The notes beneath the pieces are model-generated. The model saw only the letters and a program-made list of their open reading frames with translations, searched no databases and had not been told where the DNA came from. The position numbers and the translations under genes were made by a program. From Glaucostegus cemiculus (taxonomy: Eukaryota): a stretch of DNA of 64,000 nt. The DNA is taken from NCBI GenBank assembly GCA_976551045.1, contig CDPCPM010000102.1, forward strand, positions 806,001-870,000, read 5' to 3'. This document shows positions 39,080-50,621 of this stretch, piece after piece (the stretch's first letter is position 1; every line of letters starts with the position of its first letter).

Positions 39080-41170
39080 AAACACTCAGCAGGTCAGGCA
39101 GCATCTGTGGAAAGAATCAGAATCCGTTTTATTGTCACAACCATATACATACATAATATGCATAGGAGCGAGATACCGTCCTCCTCAGGTGCTCGTCCCA
39201 TTAAATAACAACCAACAGAGACACGCAGACACACTTAACAGAATAAACATTAAAAAACATTAAACATTAAAAACTATGGAAGTTAAAATTAAATTAATAC
39301 GCAGATTAAATTAAAAATGGCCAGTAAATAAATAGTTATTAAAGTGAATGGGCTGGTAGCGGGCATTTAAAGTGCTGGTGCATTTCTGTGCACTTAGCAT
39401 CTCTTAGTGTTAACAAAGGAAGATGGAGGGATGAGAGAGTTTGCAGTTCTGATGGCTTGCAGGAAGAAGCTATTGTTCAGCCTGGTCATTCTTGCCCTGA
39501 TACATTTAAGCCTCCTCCCCGATGGCAAAATTGTAAAGAGGTGATGGGAGGGGTGAGAAGGGTCGGCCATTATGCTTTTGGTCTTCCTCACACAACGGTC
39601 TTTGTATATGTCTGCGAGGGATGGAAGCGAGACACCTATGATCCTCTCCGCAGCCCTAACTATCTTCTGGAGGGACTTCCGCCCAGCAACTGAGCAGCTT
39701 CCAAACCAAACAGTGATACATTGAGTTAGGATGCTCTCAATGGTCCCCCTATAGAAGGTTTTCATAACGGAGGGATGGGAGTTCACTTTCCTCAGTCTCC
39801 GCAGGAAGTAGAGGCGTTTCTGAGCTTTCTTCGTGAGGGCCGTAATGTTAGTGGACCAGGTCAGGTCGTCGGTGATGTGCACCCCCAGGAACTTGGTGCT
39901 GCGTACTTGTTCCACAGCAGACCTGTTGATGGTCAGCGGGGCGTGCACACGGTGACCCCTCCTAAAATCCACTATCATCTCCTTGGTTTTATCCACATTC
40001 AAGGAGATGTTGTTGTCATAGCACCACACGGCTAGTTGTTTCACCTCCTCTCTGTAGTCCGACTCATCGTCATCCATGACAAGACCCACCACTGTCGTGT
40101 CATCGGCAAATTTAACAATGCGGTTGGAGCTGGATCTGGCCTCACAGTTGTGAGTCAACAAGGTGAACAGGAGCGGACTGAGCACACAACCCTGTGGGGA
40201 GCCAGTGCTCAGTGTGATGGTGCTTGAGGTGTTTTCACCAATTCTGACTGACTGCGGCCTGCAAGTGAGAAAGAGAGACAGCCACTTTTTTTTGTCTGCA
40301 ACCTTCAGTCAGAACTGGGAAAGAGAAATGTAAGTGGGTTTTCAGAAAGAGGGATGTGCAGAATACAGTGATTGGATGAGTTGAAATTGGTTAACTTAAA
40401 CAATTATTAGCACATTAAACTATTAGGCAGGTGTAGTGAGTTGCTAATGATAAAGTGGTGGGATTTGCCCAACAGGCTGGATTTGTTTGCAGGATAAGAC
40501 AAAATAGCAAAACTAAACTGATCAGACAGCATTGGGGGGGTGGGAGGAGAAAGAAGCAGCTGATGATTAGGATGAGGGTCCTTTCATCAGACCCAACAAA
40601 AAAGAAATTGGTCTGGGTAGCAAATAAATGTGGGTGAAACAAATGTATTATCTCAGAGTGAATGTGTGTGGTAGATGGGTTAAGATACAATGTTTGTGTA
40701 ATTTGTGGCTGATGTGGTTCTGGCATACTGGACTTTTTCAGCAGGTCAGCCTTTTCATGGGGTGTGTGGAAGAAAATAAGTGGAAATAGTTCTTGTGGGC
40801 AAGAAAAAGCATGTTATCTAAAGTTCAAGAAATTGATATTGAATCTGGAAGGTGCAATGAGCCCAGATGGAAGATGAGGTGTTTCTTGCGGTTGTGTCGG
40901 TTATCCTAAAGGTACAGGAGGCCATGGACGGGTGGAGTGGGATGGTGAATTAAAATGGCAGGCAGCTGGAAGTTTGGTCACTCCTGCAGACTGAGTACAG
41001 GTGCTCCACTAAGCGATCACCCAATATGTTTATTTTCTCCAATGTAGAGGAGGCCACATTGAAAACTGAATGTAGTGTTACTAGGTTAGAAGTGCAGGTG
41101 AATTGCATCTTCACCTGGAAAGGATGATTGGGGCCCTGGTTTGTGGAAGGGGAAGAGGTAAAAGGACATT
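39080..41170 (-). mobile_element. Penelope-like element (GIY-YIG remnant plus two tandem tails), interrupted by Rex1
   Basis: Antisense LYIGE..LGDRL remnant near 41010-41055; tails at 40490-40620 and at 40275-40330 continuing into 39080-39115. Confidence 0.65.
39113..40272 (-). mobile_element. Rex1/Babar LINE, young family, 5'-truncated, open reading frame
   Basis: Uninterrupted ORF 39394-40185 ([38 protein letters not shown]); near-identical to 6975-8219; GATTCT tail; GAAAGA duplicated on both sides. Confidence 0.95.
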
Positions 41171-41229
41171 ACCATTAGCAGCTCATGAAACTGCTTATAA
41201 TGATCCTCCTCAAGCCACTTCAACACATC

Positions 41230-41415
41230 CTATCACAGACATTCCCTTTTGTCTGACACATCCCTTCTCCCATCACCGAAAACATTTACTTGCATCTCTT
41301 CCTGACAAAGGGCCAGAGACCAAAAAAATAACTGTTGCTCTTTCCACAAGTTGCTTGTCTTGGAGTTCTTGCAACACTTTTATTTTAGATTTAGAGTATC
41401 TGCAGTTCTTTTGAT
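41230..41415 (+). mobile_element. Penelope-type tail, inverted relative to the adjacent element
   Basis: CCTGACAAAGGGCCAGAGACCAAAAAAATAACTG...TATCTGCAGTTCTT. Confidence 0.55.
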
Positions 41416-41572
41416 TTTCATTGCCTCTCTATTCTCTATCATTTTAGCAGAATGAGGCCTAGTTGCCTTGATCTTGGCTCTGACAAATTGTTCTATCCTA
41501 GTGACCAGTCTGGTCACTCCCTCTATAACAAGTGCATTTACATTTGAGCTAGTGAACAAATTGCACACCACA

Positions 41573-42378
41573 CAAGTGGCAGATGCAGTTCAACCCAGAT
41601 AAGTGTGAAGTGGTTCATTTTGGTAGGTCGAATATGTTGGTGGAATATAGTATTAATGGTAGGACTCTTGGCAGTGTGGAGGATCAGAGGGATCTTGGGG
41701 TCTGAGTCCATAGGACGCCCAAGGCGGCTGCACAGGTTGAATCTGTGGTTAAGAAGGCATGTGGTGTATTGTCCTTCATCAGGCGCGGGATTGAATTTAG
41801 GAGCAGAGAGGTATTGCTTCAGGTGTATAGGTACCTGGTCAGGCCCTGCTTGAAGTATTGTGCTCAGTTCTGGTTGCCTCACTACAGGAAAGATGTGGAG
41901 GCCTTAGGGTGCAGAGGAGGTTTACAAGGATGCTGCCTGGAATGCAGAGCATGCCTTATGAGAGCAGGTTGCAGGAACTCAGCCTCCTCTCCCTGGAGAG
42001 GAGGAGGATGAGGGGGGGACCTGATAGAGGTATATAAGATGATGAGAGGTATTGATTGCGTAGATAGTCGGAGGCTTTTCCCCAGGGCTAAAATGGTGGC
42101 CACAAGAGGACATAGGTTTAAAGTGCTAGGGAGTAGATATACCGGAAATGTTTAGGGGTAAGTTTTTTACTCAGTGGTGACTGTGTGGAATGGGCTGCCG
42201 GAAAGGGTTGTGGAGGCGGATACGATGTGGTCTTTCAAGAGACTGTTGGATAGGTACATGGAGCAAAATAAGATAGAGGGCTATGGGTAAGCCCACTAGT
42301 TTCTAGTGTAGGGACAAGTTCGGCACAGCTTTGTGGGCCGAAGGGACTGAATTGTGCTGTAGGTGTTCTATGTCCTAT
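41573..42378 (+). mobile_element. CR1 LINE, young, same subfamily as 21021-21949
   Basis: Long near-identical stretches with 21153-21949; VKKACGVLSFIRRGIEFRSREV; tail GTTCTATGTCCTAT. Confidence 0.93.
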
Positions 42379-42519
42379 ACTTAAGGTACTGTATATCTTG
42401 CCACAGCCCTTTTTATAATTTTATTAAATCATGTTAACTTTTGTTTGCATGCTGTAATACCCATACCTTGCTAATTGCCCCCTCATTTTCACTTTTAATT
42501 ACTTGTACAAAGATGCATA

Positions 42520-43560
42520 AGTCCCTTGAACCCCCTCAGCTACTTCAACCTTGCCCCTTCTGAATGCTCTGCTCTCTACTCCCTCTGCACTAACCCTGGC
42601 ATTGTCATCAAACCAGCTGACAAAGGTGGTCTCGTGGTAGTCCGGTGTACTGACCTCTACCTTGCATAGGCCAGACACCAATTCTTGGACACTTCTTCCT
42701 CCCACCTACCCCTTAACCATGGCCCCACTGAAGACCACCAGGACAATAGACAATAGGAGCAGAAGTAGACCTTTCGGCCCTTCGAGTCTGCTCTGCCATT
42801 TTGAGATCATGGCTGATCATGTACCCTCAATAACCTGTTCCTGCCTTGTCCCCATATCCCCTGATTCCCCTATCTATAAGAAACCTATCTAACTCTTCCT
42901 TGAAAGTGCCCAGTGTATTGGCCTCCACTGCCCTCTGAGGCAGTGTATTCCACAGATTTACCACCCTTTGTGAGAAGAAGTTTCTCCTCACTTCTGTCCT
43001 AAATGGCATACCCTTAATTCTAAGCTCATGCCCTCTGGTTCTGGATTTCCCCAACATCTGGAACATATTTCCTACCTCTATCCTGTCCAAACCTTTAATA
43101 ATCCTATAAGTCTCAATCAGATCCCCTCTTAATCTTCTCAACATCACTTATTACTGCAACATCACTTCGGGAGATCCTTTTTCCCAGCAGACCCATTGTT
43201 TCTGTATGCTCTTGCTCTGCCCCCAGTCCAGTCCCTTCCCAACTACATCCATGACACATTACACACTCTCCAACTCTTCCATATCTTTAAGTTTTCCAGC
43301 ATGCATAACCTCTTCACCATGGCTGTCCTGTCCCAATATACCAAATTACCCATCATGACGGCCTCACTGCGCTCTGCTTCTTTCTTGACCAGAACCAGTC
43401 CCCTTCCATTAACATGTTCCTCCACCTGGCTGAACTTGCCCTCACCCTTAACAACTTCACTTTCAATTCCTCTCACTTTCTACAGACCAAGGGCATAGCT
43501 ATGGACACTCGCATGGTCGCCAGCTATGCCTGCCTCTTCATTGGTTATGTTGAACAGTCT
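42520..43560 (+). mobile_element. Penelope-like RT fragment interrupted by CR1
   Basis: IVIKPADKGG (42601-42630), LFTMAVLSQYT (for LFTMDVxSLYT), QTKGIAMDTRMVASYACLFIGYVEQ (43483-43557). Confidence 0.88.
42742..43142 (-). mobile_element. CR1 3' fragment nested in Penelope RT
   Basis: ORF 42827-43147 RRLRGDLIETYRII...RTRGH...RRNFFSQRVVNLWN; antisense tail GACAATAGACAATAG. Confidence 0.92.
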
Positions 43561-44824
43561 CTCCAGATCCACTTTGCTTGAACTATTGATGTTAATCTTT
43601 TAGAAATACTCACTAGTTCTGCTTTCCCTACTGAAATGCAAAACTTAACATTTGTCCATGTTGCACTCCATTGTTGCTATGTGAATACATTTTTTTTTAA
43701 ATACCTAGAAGTTTCACTTGTGCTTTTTTTTAAACTAATTCATTGTGGTGAAAGTAAGCTCTGGCTTTCATAAACTGTGCAGCTTGATGAAATTGCCTGA
43801 AGGATCAGCTGTCACCCTTGGTTTAAATAGGGAAGGATGTGGGCAGGATGGTAAATCCATTGGGATGAAAGGGGTGGGGGGGTAGGTGGAAGTGTGATTG
43901 TGAAATGTGGAAGTAGAATGCAGTAGCAGTGCTGTTATACTATCCTCTTGATAAATTTATGAAACCTGAAGGCGTTACTTCCTGCTGGAGGCAGATGCTG
44001 GAATGATATATAGGTATTGGTTGCAGCAGTGGGCGGATGCCATCTGGATGGTTAATTGGAATAAACCTAATAGTCTTCCATCATCTTTTAAAAGAGTACC
44101 TAGCAGATCTAATGCATTGTGTTTAGCAGCCAAGTTTATAAAAAGGTTTACTTAACAGCTAAGCATTTCTCATTTATAGAGGGAAGCTAATGCTAAGCCA
44201 CTTTCAAGTTAAAAGGAATGTCTTTGTGTCAAAAACACCATATGTAATCCATCTGGATCATTGAATGCTCGACACTATAACTGAAACTATTCAATTCGGC
44301 AATAGTAAACCAGATGCTCTTTACATTTCCCTTCATTCTTAAACTCCTTTTGAATTTATAACCTGACCTCTTGCTGTATTTCATGGCAGATTAAGGTTTG
44401 AATGTGTTGTTCCGCGGCATTTGTTGCACAATGGTGCAGTGTAGGAAGTATAAAGTAATGTATTAACACAATGACAAATTGTCACTATGCAAGGTTGATT
44501 GTCTTATGGGGGAATTTTTTTCCAGTCCTTGCAGTAATGTAAAGACTGAGTAGAAATGCTTGCTCACTGAAAAGGCTGTTTTATCTGTAGAGGCTCCCTT
44601 TCTGTGACAGTTTACAACATTTATACTGTGTATATTTGGTTATTGCATTTAATTGCTTGAGTTAGTGTCCCTGTGTGGTTACCACAGATGTTAATGTGTT
44701 CAAAGCTGGGAGTGGTCTCTACGTTTTGGTTCTAACCTACCCACACTCCTGGGCCATAAATTCAGATTCAACCCAGTGAAGCTTGTCTAAACACAACATA
44801 ATGTATATCTTGGTGGACAGATAT

Positions 44825-44972
44825 TGTTGGTATTGGTTTATTATTGTCAATGGTAGAATGAAAAACTTGTCTTGCATACTGTTCATATGGGTCAATTCAT
44901 TACTCTGTATTCTGTTATTGTTTTTACCTGGACTACCTCAATACAGTGTCATAGCTACAGGGAAGTGCATTA
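44825..44972 (-). mobile_element. Rex1/Babar 3' UTR fragment with internal micro-inversion
   Basis: TGGTATTGGTTTATTATTGTCA tail; 44901-44944 is flipped relative to the copy at 32236-32400. Confidence 0.8.
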
Positions 44973-45854
44973 AACAAAATGTTACCAAATATTACGATAA
45001 CATCACAAACTGGTTATCCCTTCAGAGTCTGCTGAAGTGGAAAAGTCTAGGTGGGAAATATCAATCTGGCTTTTCCATTGGTAATGGAGCCTATTTAATA
45101 AGTGTAATCTGCTTTCATTCCTCTAAATGGCAATAGAAAACTTTACATCACTGCCATATAACTTTTACATCCTATCACCTGGTTGAATGTGGTTAAATTT
45201 TTTAATTCTTTGCAATAGACTTAACCAGAGTTATTTTGGTATTTTTTGCATTTGATTGCAGGATTAATAACAAAGCACATGGGACACATGTCTATTCAAT
45301 TTCATATTGGTTTCTCCACATGAAAGAGTTTGGGAACTATAGACTAAGTTGTCTGGGTACAGGTGATCTCCCTACTCTATGGCCAGTTTTCTTCAGCTCA
45401 AGAGGTCTGAGATGTCTGAAAACTGACTCCAGCTGCAGGGTGGTTTTCATGGGAAGCCTTCCAAGTTCATTCAGTCTAGTCCAATAAACAGTCATCTCTG
45501 TCTGATCTTGCAAGGTCGTTGCCATGTGAGGTTGTATTGGGATTTGTGCAAGGACAAAGACTTTAACATTAAAATAACTTCAAGCTGCATTATTTCCTGA
45601 AAACGCAAGTGTTTTTTTGTGGGTGATGCCTGGACAGAATAAAACATTTTTTGGCTCTGGATGTGGGGTGCATATGAATTCATTGGGGCCTCAAAGCGCT
45701 AGTACTTGCCATCGCAATTTTGACCACTTTTGTGGAAGGGAGCTTTAAAACTGTGTCCTCTTGTGTAATGTGGGTTATAACTAGAAACAGTCGGACTAAA
45801 ACGAGTATTCCTCTGGCAGTTCTCTTTAAACTTTCAATCGCTGTAAATGACCGC

Positions 45855-46130
45855 ACAGTGGTTTTGCAACGAGTGCTGCTGCATCTTGGCTGCAGGGACT
45901 TGGGTTTGATCCTGACCTCACACATTCACTAGGTCTCTAGTTTCCTCCCACATCCCAAAGATGTACAGATAGGTTAATTGGCCACTAAATTGTCTGCAGT
46001 GAAGGTGGGTGAGGGAAGAGAAAGATGTTGTTAAGCATTTTGAGGGAGGACAGTTTATAGGGAGATAAGTTGAGGAATGGGACTGATGGTGTGTTCTGAG
46101 CTTAAGTATAGACTTGATGGACACAACTAA
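45855..46130 (+). mobile_element. Old V-domain SINE
   Basis: B-box-like GGGTTTGATCCTGACC and TTTCCTCCCACATCCCAAAGATGTACAGATAGGTTAATTGG. Confidence 0.65.
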
Positions 46131-46469
46131 TTTTGTGCCAAAAGGAAGTATAAATAACTTTTAGTTTCTGTTTAATTACCTGCAATTGAATTGACTGTTT
46201 TCCATCTTGCCAACGTAGGATTTGTTTTCAGGAGTTTGTGCAAGGGTTTTGGAAGAGGGGTTAAAGAGTTGAGGGAAGACAGGCTGTTATCTAAACATAG
46301 AAAAGGTGAGTTTGCACTGCACAGGTATGGCATCAATGTCATCTTTTTGGCTTATTTCTTCATGCGAAGTTCTCGGGGTTGAGTTGCATTTGTGTGCATG
46401 TAAAGTGGAGTGTTTTGCTTTTGCCAATCATAGAGCAGTGGCTGGGTTTGCTGTGTCTCCCGAACACAG

Positions 46470-46950
46470 ACACAAGAATACAGGAGCAGGAGTAGACCAC
46501 TTGGACCCTCAAGCCTGCCTTGCCATTCAGTATAACAATGGCTGATCTACCTGATCCCTCGACAACCCCACCCCCAACACTTATCGCCCTCAATCCCCAT
46601 GTCTCTCAAACTTGTATACCTTCACCTTAAATACTTCTGATGAGCTGGCCTCCAACTTCTGGGAGATTTGTCACCCTCCGGGAAGAAATCTTTGTGTACC
46701 TTACTTTTAAATGACTGGACTCTTCATCTTGAAACTATGTCCCCTTGTTCAAGATTCTTCCTCTAGTGAAACCATCTCTACTGCTATCCTGTTTAAACCT
46801 CCTTTTGGATCTTGTGTTTCAATAAATTAATCTCTCATTCTTCTAAACTCCAAAGAATGCAGATTTAGCCAGTCTTGATAGGACAACCCTCTCATCCCAG
46901 GGATCGGCCTGGTGAATCTCTTTTGGACTGCTTCCAGTGCTACTTTCTCC
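46470..46950 (-). mobile_element. CR1 3' fragment
   Basis: Antisense tail CACAAGAATACAGGAGCAGGAGTAGACCAC; antisense QKRFTRPIPG remnant at 46895-46925. Confidence 0.75.
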
Positions 46951-47689
46951 TATAAGGGAGGCAAAGACTTAAACAATTGGGCAGCTTGCAAGGACTGGGA
47001 AGAGATATTTTTAAATAAAGGACACTTTTCACCAACTGTGCATTGAATAAACCCGCTTAATAATTTGCATTTGATTTGTCTTTGATACTTAAGGCTTGGA
47101 GGACATGTGCAAGATGTACTCTGGTTGGAACATAAGTCGTATTGTGACAATTTACTTTTTTTGGTACAACTAGATATTGCCAGGACTAGAGAAATCAAAC
47201 ATGATGCTCTATTCAATTAATGTAGTGGTACTTGCTATGTACTCTTATATTATCTGAGCAGACGCAAAAGCTGGCAACTTTTGTACTCCAGGTGGATGGA
47301 AGGCTGATGGGATTAATGAATCTTGGAACAGCAGCAAAAATAAAATTTGTTCATTTGGGGCTCAACAGAGGGTGGACTCTGTGTGGGAGAGAGGGGGCTC
47401 ACCTGGTTTATTTAAAAACTGGAATTTTTTACACCCTACCCCACATTAGCTCAACCAGTCACCTGAAAGAAGGAGAATTTTAACCCACTTGCAAAATACA
47501 ACTAGGTAGTTGGAAGGTTACTGCACTTTCTATCAATTGCCCGTATAGCTGGAATTGTACCTCATTATGTGATGGGAAATATGGGGAATCGATGGTCCAT
47601 TGTTAGGTACAGAGTTCTACTGATGAGTGGTGGTGTACTTCCCAGCATGGGTGATGGTTGATTGGGAGAGGGGGAAAGCTTGGGTGATC

Positions 47690-47945
47690 TAGATTAGTTT
47701 ATTATCATGTACACTGGGATGCAATGAAATTACTTGCTGCGTGTAAGCAGTATACACTGTGATAATAAACACGATGAGCACAAAGCAACAGAATGGTGCA
47801 AAGATAGTAATGCAATCAAAGAAGAAATTCTAAAGTGGCAATAACAGAATAACTGAGGGAGGTAGAATTAAGAGTTTGAGAATGTGGCAGCACCACTGAG
47901 AGAGAGGTGTGAAAGAGGTGATTAGTTCAGAAGTCTGCTAGCTAT
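47690..47945 (-). mobile_element. Old Rex1-like 3' UTR fragment
   Basis: TTTATTATCATGTACACTGGGATGCAATGAAAT antisense tail; GTTCAGAAGTCTGCTAGC. Confidence 0.45.
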
Positions 47946-48084
47946 TGGCTTTCTCCTCCCTTAGTGGTTGTAACTTTTGATTTGAAGTGCTATAGAACTA
48001 GTTTAGTTGAGTCGCTAATAGCAAATTTTAACTTCCTTTTAAGATGGCACCCTTTCTGATTGCTCTGTTTGCCACTCCCTTCGC

Positions 48085-48450
48085 AACAACCCTGAGTGTT
48101 ACTGGTCTTTTCTCAGCAAAGGCCTTCCCTTCTACCTCTATGCTGCACCTCAACAAATTCTGAGCTCGGCACGATGCCGAGCTCTTTTCTCCACCTCCGT
48201 GCTGCCTCCTTCAGTAAGGCATCCTCTTTCCCCCTCCTAATGACCTGTTCTCCTGCCTCCAGTCCTCTTCTTCCACCTGGACTCCCCCACCAGGCCTTTT
48301 ACTTTCCCTGGACCTATTCATTGCCAACTGTCGGCACAACCTCAGCCCTCCTGACCTTTCTGCCCCCGCACCCCCCCTCACCTACTCCAACCTTGCCCCT
48401 TATGAATGCTCTGCTCTCCACTTCCTCTGTACCAACCCCAACATTGTGAC
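48085..48450 (+). mobile_element. Penelope-like ORF N-terminal/pre-RT fragment
   Basis: LSKGLP...LNKF*ARHDAELF..L remnant typical of the PLE region upstream of RT; its end overlaps in type with 42540-42610. Confidence 0.7.
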
Positions 48451-49899
48451 TCTTTCTTTAGCAGAAATATCTGGTGGAAGGAATTAGTATTTAGGGTGTG
48501 GAGGTGAAGCCAATCACAGGCTGCTTTGTCCTGTACTTTGAACAAAAGACAATGTAACATTCTGGCTAGATTGTAAGGAAAAGACTGAGTTATGGAAACA
48601 TTTTTCCTCCAAGACTTCAAGGATTGTTCATCTTTGCAAAGCAAGCTATTTTAATCCTTGGCAAGTTGTGTATGTATTTACCCCATGTTGCCAGGGGAAG
48701 GAGTTACAATGTTTTATTGTGGAAATACAGTGTAAGCCAAGTCACCATCTAGGAGATCTGTATTTATGGACCTTGCCCAAGCCACATGCATGTGGCTGTA
48801 TTTGCATACTTTCATGCTTAGGTTGCCAAAGCTGCCCACAATTTCCCACGCTTAGATTGCCAAGCTGTCCTTGAGATTCCTGTGACTCCTGAATGTTTTC
48901 AGACTCCTGACTCACTGCAGCAGCATGAAGGGGTTCTGCTCCAACACACCATCACTTTTCAATCAATATTCACTGACCGCAGATTTTCTATTTCTTGTAG
49001 GCCTTTGATTATGTGAACAGCATGTTTTTTTGTAGAAGTAATAGAGGGAATTTTAGGTTCTTCAGAATATACACCTTCATTGCATTTTGTCTATAGCTGC
49101 AATAAATACTTGCATTTTGTATCATGAATTTTGACTAGCACTACTGCTTCCTTCTAGTTGACTTCCTAGTTTCATTCAAGTTTGCACCTGTTGGAGTATG
49201 GTCTCTGAAGAAAACTGGAGGTTTTAAACACGCTTCCCTAAAATCTGATTAAAAGGGGAGAATGGCTTCCTGAAAATTTGAAATGAAACACTCCTAAGGC
49301 TGTCAGTGGGCAAAGCTTCAGCATTTTCTCATTGAGTCACTCTTGAGCTATAGAATATCATTGCTTTTATGGAGAACTTTCATCAGAAGGGGCCGATAAG
49401 ACTGGATTAAGAATGGTCTAGAAGTTCTTTGGAGCAGTTTGCTGCATGTCTACCTGCTAAACCTACTCCTAATGTGAACAGTTTCTCCAGCTGCACCTTC
49501 CACAAGGAAGCTGGTGTTGACCTGATGGTCAAAGCCACATAGAGTGGCAAATCTTTTGATCACAGTTCCCACAAAAATGCCTTGGCTGCCAGCTGCTACA
49601 TCTTCAGGCTGAAGCACAGTAAAGCAGCTTGAGTTTTTGCATGCACTTAATATTTGCAAACTTTTCAGTTTCAAGACCTTTCAGCAGAACTGGGTAGGAG
49701 AAGAAACCAATTAGTATAGATAGCAGAAAGGGTGGGGGATGGGTGGAACAAAGAATTTAGCTGACAGGTAGTTAAAATCAGATTACGCTTCTGTGTGTGT
49801 GTAAAATGTTCCCTTCTCAAAGGATAGAAGATGAGATCCCAAATTCTTGCCATTTGACAACATGTTATACACATGGAAGCTTGATGTGATTTTTTTAAA

Positions 49900-50600
49900 A
49901 AAACACATTAGATTATCTGAGTTCAAGAAAGATGGAAAGAAACAAAAAAAGCAAAAAGGGGTTTGGAGATGGCTGGGAGTTTGAGGATAAAGGAGTGGAG
50001 TGTGGGCTTTTTCCTGAGGTGGGTGGCAATTCATGGATGGTATCTAAAATGGGCCCATAAATAAGCAGCTGACATGAGAGCCAGGAAGCTATATAGTCAG
50101 CTGTTCTGTGAGGATATTAATCCAATGAGCAGATAGTAACATTCGGACAAGAAGGAAGAAGAGGTGGAAAGAAATGGATCAGAGCTCTGGAGAAAAACTT
50201 TTTTTTAGAGGAAGTTTGGCCTGTTGGGATAAACGAAATGACAGGGCTGCTGAACATATAGTTAATAAAGATGTTGGCATATTGAGGGTGTAGGGAGAAG
50301 GAAAGAGATGGAGTTTAGATGATTTGCAGTAAAGTAACTTTTTTCCTCTGGGTCATCACTTGCAGTGCATTAATGATCCCAGAAGAATGAATGCTCTTTG
50401 CAGAAAGAGACCTGTCTCTTGTGGCTCAACCAGATCAGGTGTGAATAGTGAAAGCGATTGGATGTCATAACTGTTCAAATCTGTCTCTTGCACTTGGAGG
50501 GAGATGAAGTTGTAGCAAGAGGAGCCACAGTGAGAAAAATGGAGACCAAGACATCCAAGTGGTTTGTAGTTGAGCTTGATAATTGGATGTAGAATTGCAG
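49900..50600 (-). mobile_element. Ancient L2-like remnant
   Basis: GA-rich decayed sequence (GGTTTGGAGATGGCTGGGAGTTTGAGG...); no ORF. Confidence 0.3.
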
Positions 50601-50621
50601 TCCTGAATTAAATTTAAAAAA

